64,000 nt of DNA from Malacoraja senta (Eukaryota): contig CM075998.1 of the NCBI GenBank assembly GCA_038087875.1, forward strand, positions 620,001 to 684,000, written 5' to 3'. Position numbers and translations under genes: made by a program. The notes under the pieces are model-generated. The model searched no databases and was not told the origin of the DNA. It was given only the letters and a program-made list of their open reading frames with translations. This document shows, in pieces, positions 1 through 11,016 of the stretch. Position 1 is the stretch's first letter. Every line of letters starts with the position of its first letter.

Positions 1-619
1 TGAGTGTTTTATTCATGCAAGGAATGAGGACTTCGCAGGCTGAGCCATCATTTAATGACCTGTCCCTAATCGAACTGGAGAAGGTGGTGGTGCCTTCTTG
101 AATCTACTGCAGTCCTTGAGGTGCAAATGTTGATCCAGGATGTTGATCCAGTAACAGTGAAGGAACGACAATATATTTCGGTGCGTGGATGGGCGGGCAA
201 CCTCCAGGCGGTGATGTTCATGTTTTTGCTGTCCTGGTCCTTCTAGCTGGTTGAGGTCATGGGTTTGAAAGGTGCTGTCTGAGTCTTGGTAAGTTGACAC
301 GGTGCATTCTGGAGTTTTGTTTTGATTCTCTCTGACCGAGCCTTTGGTAACTTACCAAAAGAACTCCTGATTTGGTTCATTTATTTGACATCTGTGTTGC
401 TTACACATCTTCGATAAAACACAAGTTGTTGTACAGAGTTCTAACGGACAGAGAACGGGTTAGGTGGATGACAGGGAGGTGGTGAATTCAACAAAACAAC
501 ACAAGAGTATTTCTTAGTGGTCGTTGGTTGTTAGGAGGTTCAGACTTGCAGCTGGGTTAAGTGGCAATCAGCACTGTGTCAGATGTCAATAATATGATCA
601 TGAACAACTAACTAGTAGC

Positions 620-942
620 CACTAATTTTACCACTAATTTCCATCCGGCACTCAAATTCACCTGGACCATTTCAGACATCTCCCTACCGTTTCCAGATCT
701 CACCGTCTCCATCGCAGGTAACAGACTACTGACCGACATCTACTACAAACCCACTGACTCCCATAGCTATCTTGACTACACTTCTTCCCACCCTGCTTCC
801 GACATCAGTCTGAAGAAGGGTCTCGACCCGAAAAACATCACCCATTCCTTCTCTCCATAAATGCTGCCTCACCCGTTGAGTTACTCCAGCATTTTGTGTC
901 TACCTTCGATTTTATCCAGCATCTACAGTTCTTTCTCACACA
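620..942 (+). mobile_element. Penelope-like element fragment (RT C-terminus fused to terminal repeat)
   Basis: Translates FHPALKFTWTISDISLPFPDLTVSIAGNRLLTDIYYKPTDSHSYLDYTSSHP, followed by the ctgaagaagggtctcgacccgaaa repeat. 11-bp TSD TAACTAGTAGC at 609-619 and 943-953. Confidence 0.8.
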
Positions 943-1006
943 TAACTAGTAGCATGTTTGAGTCACAAACACAATAATCAGAACTTTGATTTTATTTTCT
1001 CGGCAG

Positions 1007-3851
1007 GAGGGCTGTTCGGAAAATCTTCAGCTGAATGGCAGTGATAATATCCCACGCATAGAAATCAGTGACAACTGTGACCCCAACACACTCAGGACTG
1101 TGCCGGAGGTAAGCTGCGACTGGCAGGATTGGCAGTAGATTTGTCATGTTGCTGGAGTAATGACTGAAAGTGCATCAAATCCCACTGCAGCTGTAGGAGT
1201 GGTTATTTTTTAGAGAAAAGTTAGTCTCTGTAACTATGAAGCTGGTGAATTGTTAGAAAAGCCCATCTGGCTTACTGATGTACTGAAGAGAAGAAACCTT
1301 AGCTGGTTAAGGCTTTGATGGGACTCTTGTCCCATATTATGTAGGATGCTCTGGTTGCTCTCTGATGAATCACCTTGACAAACCAATAGGGGAATAAATG
1401 CTACCAACATTCCTATACATATGATTTGATTTAAACCATTGTGCTCTGGTTAGTGCTGGATATTTTGGCTTGCTTGAAGACTAATCTCATCTATTAATTT
1501 TCTGGTTGAATGTAGTTTGTCCCCATGATATTTAAAAAAATCTATTTTTGGTAATCCTTTATTTCCATTCCCCTCCTCTTCCTGAGTATGATTGGCCCAC
1601 AGAAATTGTGGAGTTGTTTAATGGTGGTCCTTGGTTAACAGGACAAAAAGAATGGAATAAAAGACAACGGTAGAAAGGCATTTTTCTGACTGAAGGTTTG
1701 TGATCAGTGGTGTTCCACAAGGATCAGTGCTAGGCCCTTTGTTGTTTGAATGATTTAATATAGTGAGATTTCAATCCCACCTTCCCTCCCCATCTCCATT
1801 GCTCTGAAATGCTTTTCTTCCTTTCGATCAATGTATAAATTTCTCACCATATAGCACAACCTGAAACGCAGGCTTTGACAGACATTCACTGATATTGCTG
1901 ACTTCCACTGTTTCTTTGTCTGGCTTCTGGAAGAGTCATGTGGAGGATGAATTTAGCGCACAATTTGTGTTTAGAGAAATGTCCCCTCTGCCACTCTGCA
2001 TATGGTTCCATGGTGTGAATCCTTACAAATGAAGAAACTCTCTGGCTCGGTCCATTCAAGTGCTTAACCACTCACTAAAAGTGGCCACTATGTTTCAAAA
2101 GTTCTCTATCAGAGATGCAAGTACACAGCTCATCGCCAGTTATTTGGATGTGAAAAAGAAACTTAACTTGTGTTCCCACTGACATTGATATTCAGAGGCC
2201 CTCGTGGAAATTGCTTTGTTTTTGGGTTATGGGACTAGATGTTAGCATGGACGCAGGCAAATACCTAAAACATTGGTTCTACTTGTAGTAACATTCCCCT
2301 TTTACTATTTCAGACCTGCCTGAAGAAAATAAAGGAAGGCTTGTTATATTACCACAATCAGTTTAACCAACTGGGTAAAGTGAGAGCGTCAAAACACAGT
2401 GACATTCAGACATTTGCGAATAAACTTTCAAAAATTTCCTTGGATCTCCTAAAGTCAATCAAGGTAATATGTTATTCTACAAACAAGACATTTGGAGATA
2501 GGATGGTAATTTGCAAGGTGTGAAGGATTGTGGATTTTTAAGTTGTGCCTGACTCCATCCCAAACATAGATTATGGGATGCATTAATTATAGAAATATAA
2601 CACAACCTATTTGTGCAATAGCTTGAGAACAGTTGGATCAAGAAGTCTCATTTGAAGGATGTAGCTTTGGAGCAAACAACCATAAATGATAAAATATTTT
2701 TTCAACTGGTTCATCAACATACTTCCTTCCATCATAAGGTCAGAAGTAGAGATGCTCATTGATTGCTGGGTGGTGAATTGAATTGAACATTATAAAATGA
2801 ATCAGTCTATTTATGCATGCAGTAATACCTAGATTAAAATTCAGGCATGAACTGAAAAATAGAAGTAACATTTGCACCATAGAAGAGTTGGGCAATGACC
2901 ATCTCTACAAAAGAAAACCTAACCACCTGGCCATGACAATCTAAGGCATTACTATTGATGAGTTCCCCACTATCAATATCCTGAGGGTTACCATTATCCA
3001 GACACTCAACTGGACCAGACACATAAATGCTTAGCATAGGCAGGGTTTCATGTGGCAAGTGACCTATCTACTGACACCCTAAAGCCACTCATCATCTGCA
3101 TGCCACAAGTCAGGAGTGTGATGGAACACTCTCCACCTGCCTGGATAGGTGCAGTGCCAATAATCCTCAAGATGCTCTACATCATCGATGACAAAGCAGT
3201 CCAATTGATTGGCACCCCATCCACCACCCTGAACATTAATTCCCTCCACCACTCATGCGCCATGGCTGCAAGTATGCAATCTACAAAGTGCACTGCAATT
3301 AGTCTTCGAGGCTGCTTGGACAGTTTCTCCAAGACCAATAACACATGGGTAAGCACAAGAGAACAACCACAGCCTGCAGGTTACCCTTATCACACGTCAT
3401 ACTGACTTGGAAATATATCACTGTTCCTTCATATTGCTCCCTCCCCAAACATAGAGGGTGCATCTTCACCAGAAGCACTGCAATTGTTCAAGAAGGTTGC
3501 TCAATATCACATTCTCGAGAGCAATTAGTGATGGGCAATAAACATCAGTAACACCTTCATTCTGAAAGATCACTAAACTATATGAGATATCAAGCTGCTT
3601 GTAGTATCATTTTTGCAGCTTTGTTAATTTTTTATACTTTTATGTTTCAGATCTCAGACAACAGCACCGATGCTACAGACTACAAGGTCACAGACAACAG
3701 TGCCACAGATGTGCTTCAGATCAATGATTGGATTTTGGACTGCACAATGTTTGTTACTCTACGGAGATTTCAATCATTCTCATCTTTGGTGGCTCGTGTC
3801 TTCGGCCATCCATCAGGAAACCCTTCAAATCACAATAGTACAGAAGTGTAG
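1007..3851 (+). CDS. IL23A: Interleukin-23 subunit alpha (p19)-like, last three coding exons: 1007-1108, 2314-2463, 3651-3851; first exon upstream of window
   Basis: Three AG/GT-bounded phase-0 exons (102, 150, 201 nt) splice into EGCSENLQLNGSDNIPRIEISDNCDPNTLRTVPE|TCLKKIKEGLLYYHNQF...LLKSIK|ISDNST...WILDCTMFVTLRRFQSFSSLVARVFGHPSG...*. This matches mammalian p19 motifs VPHIQCGDGCDP..L, CLQRIHQGLIFY and helix D LRSLQAFVAVAARVFAH. Confidence 0.85.
2850..3560 (+). mobile_element. Old degraded non-LTR (CR1/L2-group) 3' fragment in the IL23A intron
   Basis: Remnant QVRSVMEHSP..W peptide; similar sequence recurs at about 30200-30440. Confidence 0.45.
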
Positions 3852-3994
3852 TAAAGGCAACTGGTTGTCAAGGAACTATCCATTGAAAAATTAACAATGT
3901 CCAGTTTGTGTTGAACAATATGGCCCAGTTTGCACATAAAGATTTGAAATGGCAGATATCTGGATCTTCCAATTCCAATTAACTTTATAATTTA

Positions 3995-4252
3995 AGGGTC
4001 TGTCCCACTTTCACGACCTAATTCGCGACCTCTGCCGAGTTTGCCCTTGACTCATACTCGCAGCATGGTCGTCACAAGGTCGTAGGAGGTCGTAGGTAGG
4101 TCATAGGAAGTCGTAGGTAGGTCGTAGCAGGCCGTGATGCTAGTCATAGGTACTCATGGCATCAAGTAGGTCGGGGCGTTTTTCTAGCATGATGAAAAAT
4201 GTCCACGAGTAAAAAAGGTCGTGAATTGGGTCGTGAAAGTGGGACAGGCCCT
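3995..4252. mobile_element. PIF/Harbinger-type MITE
   Basis: About 37-bp terminal inverted repeats (agggtctgtcccactttcacgacctaattc / gaattgggtcgtgaaagtgggacaggccct), TTA on both flanks, internal ggtcgtagg tandem units. Confidence 0.75.
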
Positions 4253-4844
4253 TTATCAGATTAAATGGATGTGGCAGTGCAGTGGTAATTGCTAGATTTA
4301 TTAATCCAGTAGACCATGAGTTCACATCCTGGCATCTGCATTCATTTAAAAAAAATCTGGAAATAAACAACTTATCTTAGCAAAACAGACCATAGTATTG
4401 TCATTTGAGGCAAAAAGATAGGCTTTTAATACCAATTTTACCTGATTTGGTTTAGCAAGTTATTCAATTCAAACAACACTTGCTTCTCGAGGCAATTCAA
4501 ATATAAGAAATAAATTCTGGCCCTGCCACTGATACCCATGTCCTCTGAAGTAAAGATAAAACAAATGCATGTGGAAACCATGAGCATTTTTTTAAAAGAT
4601 GTTAAACCTCTGAATGTTATTGCATGTGTGTATTTGCGCTCACATCTATCTTGCAAAAGGAATAGTTAGAGGAGATCTTTTAATGTGATGGAGAAGACCA
4701 GGGAAATCTAAATATACAGACATTGTCCTTAAAATCTACCTTGATGCTATACTTTCAGTGCTGAATGTTTTAGTCAGGCACTTTTGAGTCTGGGCTTGAT
4801 GAGAAAAAAATATTCCTTTCCAAATGGTATTATGTCAATTCTCA

Positions 4845-5637
4845 GGTTCCGGTGGCGCTGTGAGTCGGCTGCCTCGCCTGCAGAGGGTTTGTTGTTTCGA
4901 CTATTTTTTAATTTTTTTAGTGTGTCCAAAAGTATGTTTTAGTGTTTCTCTGTATGTCTTGTGTGGGGGGTGGTAGAGGGGAATAGGGGGAAACCGTTTT
5001 CAGGCTTGCAACTTCCTTCCTTGTCGGGTCTTCGCCCCCCTCCTCGCGGCCTTACAGCTGGTTTGGTGCGGCCTTTCCTGGAGTCAGGCCCAGAGCTTCA
5101 GCGGCGGTGCAGCGGGGACTTTAACATCGCAGACCCCTTTGCCGGGGGTTGCCGGAGAAGCGCTCCGACCACTGGCCTGCGGCCTACAACATCTTGAAGC
5201 CTCGGTCTGTGGGGTTTCTGGCGGCAGGTGTGGAGCGGACCTTCCATCGTGGAGCGGGCGAACCCTCGCCGGGGGTTGCCGGAGAAGAGCTCCGACTGCC
5301 GGCCTACAACATCTGGAAGCCGCGGTCTCCGGTAAGGAGGTGGCCGATTTGGGAGCTCCAGGCCGCGGGGTATGATCGACCTGTCCCGACGGGAGGGCCT
5401 GAACCACGTAGCTGCGACTATGCAGGGTCAGGGCCCCGACCACGGGTAAACAAGGGAGGAGGAGGACTGTCTGAACTGTATTGCCTTCCACCACAGTGAA
5501 GAATGCTGTAGTGGATGTCTGTGTTGAGTTATGTTGTATATTATGTCCTTTTTTAATTGTAACGCTGCATGGTAAATTCATTTCACTGCACCTTATGGTG
5601 CATGTGACAAATAAATTTGAACTTGAATTTGAACTTT
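4845..5637 (+). mobile_element. GC-rich non-autonomous retroelement with LINE-type 3' tail
   Basis: CpG-rich body with an internal duplicated unit (about 5134-5200 and 5262-5322); ends in tgcatgtgacaaataaa plus a (ttgaac)n-type tail. No recognisable ORF. Confidence 0.55.
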
Positions 5638-5922
5638 AACTTGCTAGTGATACTGTCAGTTATATTTCTTATTTCTACATCAATGGTATTTCTATATATG
5701 GTCATTCTGGAATAGTTCTGTTTGATGATCTTATTAGAACATTATTATTTTACCTGATGTCATTCTCCATTTTCTAATTTCCATTTAAGTCATTTACATG
5801 ATCCCATAAGGTAATTGAATTTAAAAATCCTTTCAAACAAGAAATCTAAAAGCAATTCTGCTTTAAACTCTGGGTTTTTTCTTTGCTCTCATGGTAAAAT
5901 AGCCAACAGGTTTTTATATTTC

Positions 5923-6053
5923 GTCCGAAGAAGGGTTTCGACCCGAAACGTTGCCTATTTCCTTCGCTCCATAGATGCTGCCGCACCCGCTGAGTTTCTC
6001 CAGCATTTTTGTGTACCTTCGATTTTCCAGCATCTGCAGTTCCTTCTTAAACA
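5923..6053 (+). mobile_element. Penelope-derived short repeat
   Basis: gaagaagggtttcgacccgaaacgttg...gctgagtttctccagc unit; 10-bp TSD TTTATATTTC at 5913-5922 and 6054-6063. Confidence 0.75.
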
Positions 6054-6539
6054 TTTATATTTCATCTACTCAGTTTAACAAATGAAATTGAACAGTTGCA
6101 GAAGTATCTGACTACTTGATTGTTTTCAACAAAGTATTCAATATATATAATAAGATATTTATACTATTTAATACCCAAAGATTTCAAACTTTTCATTTTG
6201 CTAGCGCTTGTTATAGTCCACTAATGAGTATAACTATTTCTAACATTTAATGTTTTTAGGTTTATTTATATAAAAGTCTGCAGAAGACTACGTGTAATGA
6301 AAGTATAATAAAGATCTCAGTAAATACCAGCTGACAAGTGTATGTTCATGAACCTTGAGACTTTAAACATACTCGGGCTTAAAAGATACTAATTGCGGAG
6401 CAGTCAGTTGCTAAAAACGGGTTCTGCAGAAAACAATCAAAGCTAAAGAAGAACAAAAACCAAAAGAGAAAATGGAAGGTGTTCACACTGAGTAAGAGTA
6501 TGATAAAATGTGAATGGAAAGCTATTGTAGCTCAGACAA

Positions 6540-6850
6540 TGCACGGTGGTGCAGCTGGTAAAGCCGCTGCCTCATAGCACCAGAGACGCGTGTTCGATCC
6601 TGACCTCGGGTGCTGTCTGTTTGGAGTTTGTACATTCTTCCTATGACAGCGTGGATTTCCTCCAGTTCTCCAGTTTCCACCAATACCCCAAAAACATGCA
6701 AAATGTAGGTCAATTGGCCTCTGTAAAATGTTCTGAGTGTGCAGGGAGTGGATGTGAAAGTGGGATAACACAGAATTAGTGTGAACAGGTGAATGATGGA
6801 TGGCATGGACTAGGTGGGCCGAAATTCCTGTTTCTGTGCTCTATCTCTAA
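6540..6850 (+). mobile_element. tRNA-derived V-SINE (HE1-like)
   Basis: A box (tggtgcagctggt), B box (gttcgatcc), V-domain-like tggagtttgtacattct, CR1-like tail. Confidence 0.75.
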
Positions 6851-8379
6851 AAATATTGCTTACCTGGACCTGCCATCCTGGACTCGCACGGAAATCTGTC
6901 TTTGCTCCAACCCTCAAGATGTGGAGCAGCTAAGGACACATTAGGCGGATCACTGAATAACTCAGCTACAATCAGGAGACAGAGCATGTCCCATGATCAA
7001 CCATTCTGTAACAGCCCCTTCACCACCTCATCACAGATGGGTGTGAACAAGTGAATGATGGGCGGCGTGGGGGTAAAGGGCCTGTTTCCATGCTGAATCT
7101 TTTATCATAATCAGCACATGCAAATGCCCAAAACTCAGTTAAAAAAAAAAAGAAACGCTAGAAATACTCAGCAGGACTGAGATTATCAATGGACAGAGAA
7201 ATAGAGTTAATGGTTCAGGTCCAAAAGTCAACTCTTTCTCTCCCCATAGATACTGAGGATTTCTAGCAATTTCAGTTTTTATGTCAGATTTCTAGCGTCT
7301 GCAATATTTTGATTTTGGTAGGTCAGTTTATTACAGCTACTCAAGACATTTGAAAAACGTTCTGACAAAATGTTGGCTGGGGTTTTACATTATCTTGGAA
7401 CTTCCACAGTCCTAGGACAATATTCCTCCACAAAGGGTCCATAAAATCACAATCTGTTCCTCAGCTTATGTACAGTTTGTGGAATTTTACAAAGCACAGA
7501 TTTCTTGATATGTTTGTCTAAATTGCACCAATAACTGTAGTTCAAAAATACCTGATTGGTTGGATAATATTCAGAGATGTGACAAGATGTTATAAATGCA
7601 AGTTCTGTTTTCCTTTGATTGATGATTGAACCCACATTCATGTATTGTGCCCTGAAGAGAAAAATATTTATCTGATTAGTCAGAGTAAGCTTCCACTTCC
7701 TCTTGTGGGCAGCACAAGATCTACTTGCGTTGTCCCTGGAAAGAGGATTTACAAATACTGGGGTTTTCAGCCTGTTGATCTACGTACAGCATCTCTCCAC
7801 AATAATCACGTCAGGGCTATACATAAAAACAAATTCATTCATTATTAAAGATGGACAAGCTACCATTTCATGTTTTCCCTCACAATCTAGGGCATTCCAA
7901 AATGCTTTACAGCCAGTGAAATATTTTAGAAGTGTCTTCACCATTGTAATGTAGAAAAGGTGGCTGTCAATTTTAGTGCTGCCATAAGCAGTAATGAGAT
8001 GAATGACAAGTGGAAAAAAGGACCTAACATTCAAATTAGATCCATTATTGTGAAAACGTGACCCCTGGCTCTCTCTCTAATGTAACAGCTGAACTAGTGT
8101 CCCTGCGTCCCGACCTGAAACGTCGTATACCCATTCCCTCCACAGATGCTGCCTGACCTGCTGAGTTCTTCCAGCACTTTGCGTTTCATACAATTCCCTT
8201 AATCACCTTACAATGTCTGTAGATTCCCAACTCATTGCCTAACTGCGACTAATCTGTATACCCATGGCCCCTAAAACAACTTGAGAACGTATTTAAAGAA
8301 AAATGAAAATAATATCTACAAAGATATAATTAAAAAAGGAAGATAGAAGCAAGAAAAATCTCAAAGAATAGCTGTTCCT

Positions 8380-9050
8380 CTAAGGACAGCAGTTATGGCT
8401 GAAAGTTGAGTGTTCAAGACCAACTCCCCAATTGGAGCATGAAAATCTAATCTGACACTCCAGTATGGGACCAAGGGAGAACCATTTTGTTGGGGAAGGT
8501 AGGATTGAGGGAGTGCTCCACTGAAAGAAAGGCAGTGCTGTGGGAGCACCGCACTGTTGGAGAGGATAGTGCTGAGGTAGTGCTGCACTAACAGAGGGGT
8601 AGTGCTGAAGGAGGACCAAGTCGCTTGAGGGCCAGGGCTGAAGGAATACTGGAGAGCCAGTATCAAAGGATGCTAAAAACAAACTGCTGGAGGAACTCAC
8701 TGGGTCAAGCAGCATCTATGAAGGGAAATGGATTGTTGACGTTTTGGGCTGAGAGTCCAGAGGAAGGGTCTTCATCTGAAATGTCGACTGCCCATTTCCC
8801 TCCACAGACCCTGCTTGACCAGCTGAGTTCCTCCAGCAGTTTGTTTAATTGCTCGAGGGGCGGTGCTGGAAGGGGAGTGCTGAAGCAGTGCCTCAGTGTC
8901 GGAAGAACCGTGCTGAGGGAAGTGCCACCTTTCAAATATGATTAAACATGAGAGATCCCATAGCACTATTTCATAGAAGAGCCGAGGAGCTATGCTATGC
9001 TTCCTGATCAATCAGGAAGTTTCACTCAACATTTCTTGAAACAGATTGCC
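8380..9050 (+). mobile_element. Old Deu-domain-like SINE with gagtgctg repeats, interrupted by a Penelope fold-back (about 8677-8846)
   Basis: Repeated (g)agtgctg(c)a motifs; inverted pair aaacaaactgctggaggaactca / tgagttcctccagcagtttgttt. Confidence 0.45.
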
Positions 9051-9899
9051 CTGGAAATTCCCCAATACTTACAGAGGTGTGTTAAGTGGTTGTTATGCAA
9101 CTGCCAATGATTATTTGTAATTTGGAAATTCAGCAGTGCTTAAGATTTGATGATGTTGGTGGAAGGTGCATCAACAATGATGAGGAAATGGATGGTTGGT
9201 GAGTGGTCTGTGGAGGGATATGGGCAGTCGACTTTTCAGATGGAGACCCTTCCTCTGGACTCTCAGCCCAAAATGTTGACTGTCCATTTCTCTTCATCGA
9301 TGCCGTCTGACCCAGTTAGTTCCTCGAGCAGTTTGTTTTTAGCATCCTTAGGGGGGATCGGTTTTGTCAATGGCAGTAAATTCATAGTACAAACTCCATA
9401 CAGACAGCACCGAAGGTCAGGATCGAAATGGGGACTATGGCACTGTGAAGAAGCAGCTCTATCAGACTCTCAGAAATAGGCGAGGATGCACTCATAAGCA
9501 CCCTCTTTAAGATACACGGAAAGCAGCTTCACAGGCAAATTGGAAGCCTGTTTCTGCAGGAAGGGCCTGTGTACAGCGTGACCCATTCTAGTGTGAATGA
9601 AAATCCTGGAACTGACATTGCATGCTGTTGAATACCCCTGTACATGTCTGGGTTGGCTGTGCATTATATAGATTAGACAATTTAAAAAGTTCATAAGTAT
9701 GCAGATTTAGCTAATCAAATTGTGAGTCACTGATTCTTTTTCATGTTTTATTCGTCATATAAAAAGTAGAGTGAATGGTGTACAAAAGCACAGCATTACA
9801 CCATCTAATTTGTTGACAATTATCTGGCAATTATCTGGTCATTATCACTTTGTTGTTTGTGGCAGATTGCTCTATGCAAATCGACTTTCATAACAGAAA

Positions 9900-10193
9900 C
9901 TTGGAAAAATAGGTGCAGGAGTAGGCCATTCGACACTTTGAGCCATTCAATATGATCATCTAAAATCAGTACCCTGTTCCTGCTTTTTCCCCATATCCCT
10001 TAGTTCCTTTCGCCCTGAGAACTAAATCTAGCTCTCTTGAAAACATCCAGTGAATTGTCTTCCACTGTCTTCTGTGCAGAGAATTCCACAGATTCACAAC
10101 TCTCTGGGTGAAGAAGTTTTTCCTTGTCTCAGTCCTAAATGGCTTACCCCTTATTCTTAAACTGTTACCCCTGGTTCTGGACTTCCCAAACAT
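9900..10193 (-). mobile_element. CR1 LINE 3' end
   Basis: SRTRGNSLRIRGKPFRTETRKNFFTQRVVNLWNSL, the typical CR1 ORF2 C-terminus. Confidence 0.85.
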
Positions 10194-11016
10194 TGCCTTG
10201 TTTCCTAAATTGCCACAGTGACTCCTTTTGCTCTGGTATTTTATTTAATTCACATGTTTAATCGAAAAAAATTATTATTAATGTTTAATGTTTTATGTGT
10301 CATTCTTAATTGTTACTGTATGTCATGTTGTCACTTGCGAGCGGAGCACCAAGGCAAATTCCTTGTATGTGAACATACATGGCCAATAAACGTATTCATT
10401 CATTCATTCATTTCCAAAGTGATTCATAAGCTGTAAAGCGCTTGGGACATCCCACAAAGGGAGTCAAAATTTGGTAAAGCAAGCCTCTAATCAAAAAAAT
10501 AAGTTGAATACTTTAAAATGAAAACAAATAAAATTTTGTTTTTACTTGCTTTGCTCCAAATTCCAACATCTGCAGTCTCTTGTGTATCCAACTTGCTTTT
10601 TGTTAAGTACTGGAGTCAGATACTTAAATAACCATCGAGAAACCATCAGGTAAAACCAACGTGCCTTTAATCATGGTTTCAGAGGGGGAAAGGAAGAGAG
10701 TGCTCACACTACCACCAGGGCTTTTATACTAAGCAAGCCCCCTTTTGTGGCTACCGGTATTACAATAGGTGTATGATATCTCTTAAAGGGGCATACACCA
10801 CAATCCTCCCCCTTTAAAACCCTTAGTTTTACACAAAAACTAAGGGGAAAAGTACACCATACCTACAACAGATCATATAATAGATGACAAAATTACATTA
10901 TCACCTTCACCTTATATTTTGCAAGCACAATATAATAACACCATCACCAATACGTGAGGGAAAAAAAAAAAACAACACACACAGGAAACATCACTTAGTC
11001 AGTCCCGTATTCAATG

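Noticed and set aside
4075-4135. Short tandem ggtcgtagg units; also gagtgctg repeats at 8500-8640
   Set aside because: Internal to mobile elements, no unique spacers; not CRISPR-like.
4961-5581. Overlapping 78-165 aa ORFs
   Set aside because: Products of a GC-rich repeat with few stop codons; no protein motif.
6540-6615. tRNA-like A and B boxes
   Set aside because: SINE head, not a tRNA gene; it continues into the SINE body.
7330-7651. Minus-strand peptides (TCIYNILSHL, NQVFLN, KIPQTVHKLRN, QNVFQ) faintly resembling a LIF/IL-6-family helix pattern
   Set aside because: Needs at least two frameshifts and gaps, so by-eye overfitting is likely; only a frameshift-aware HMM hit would support it.
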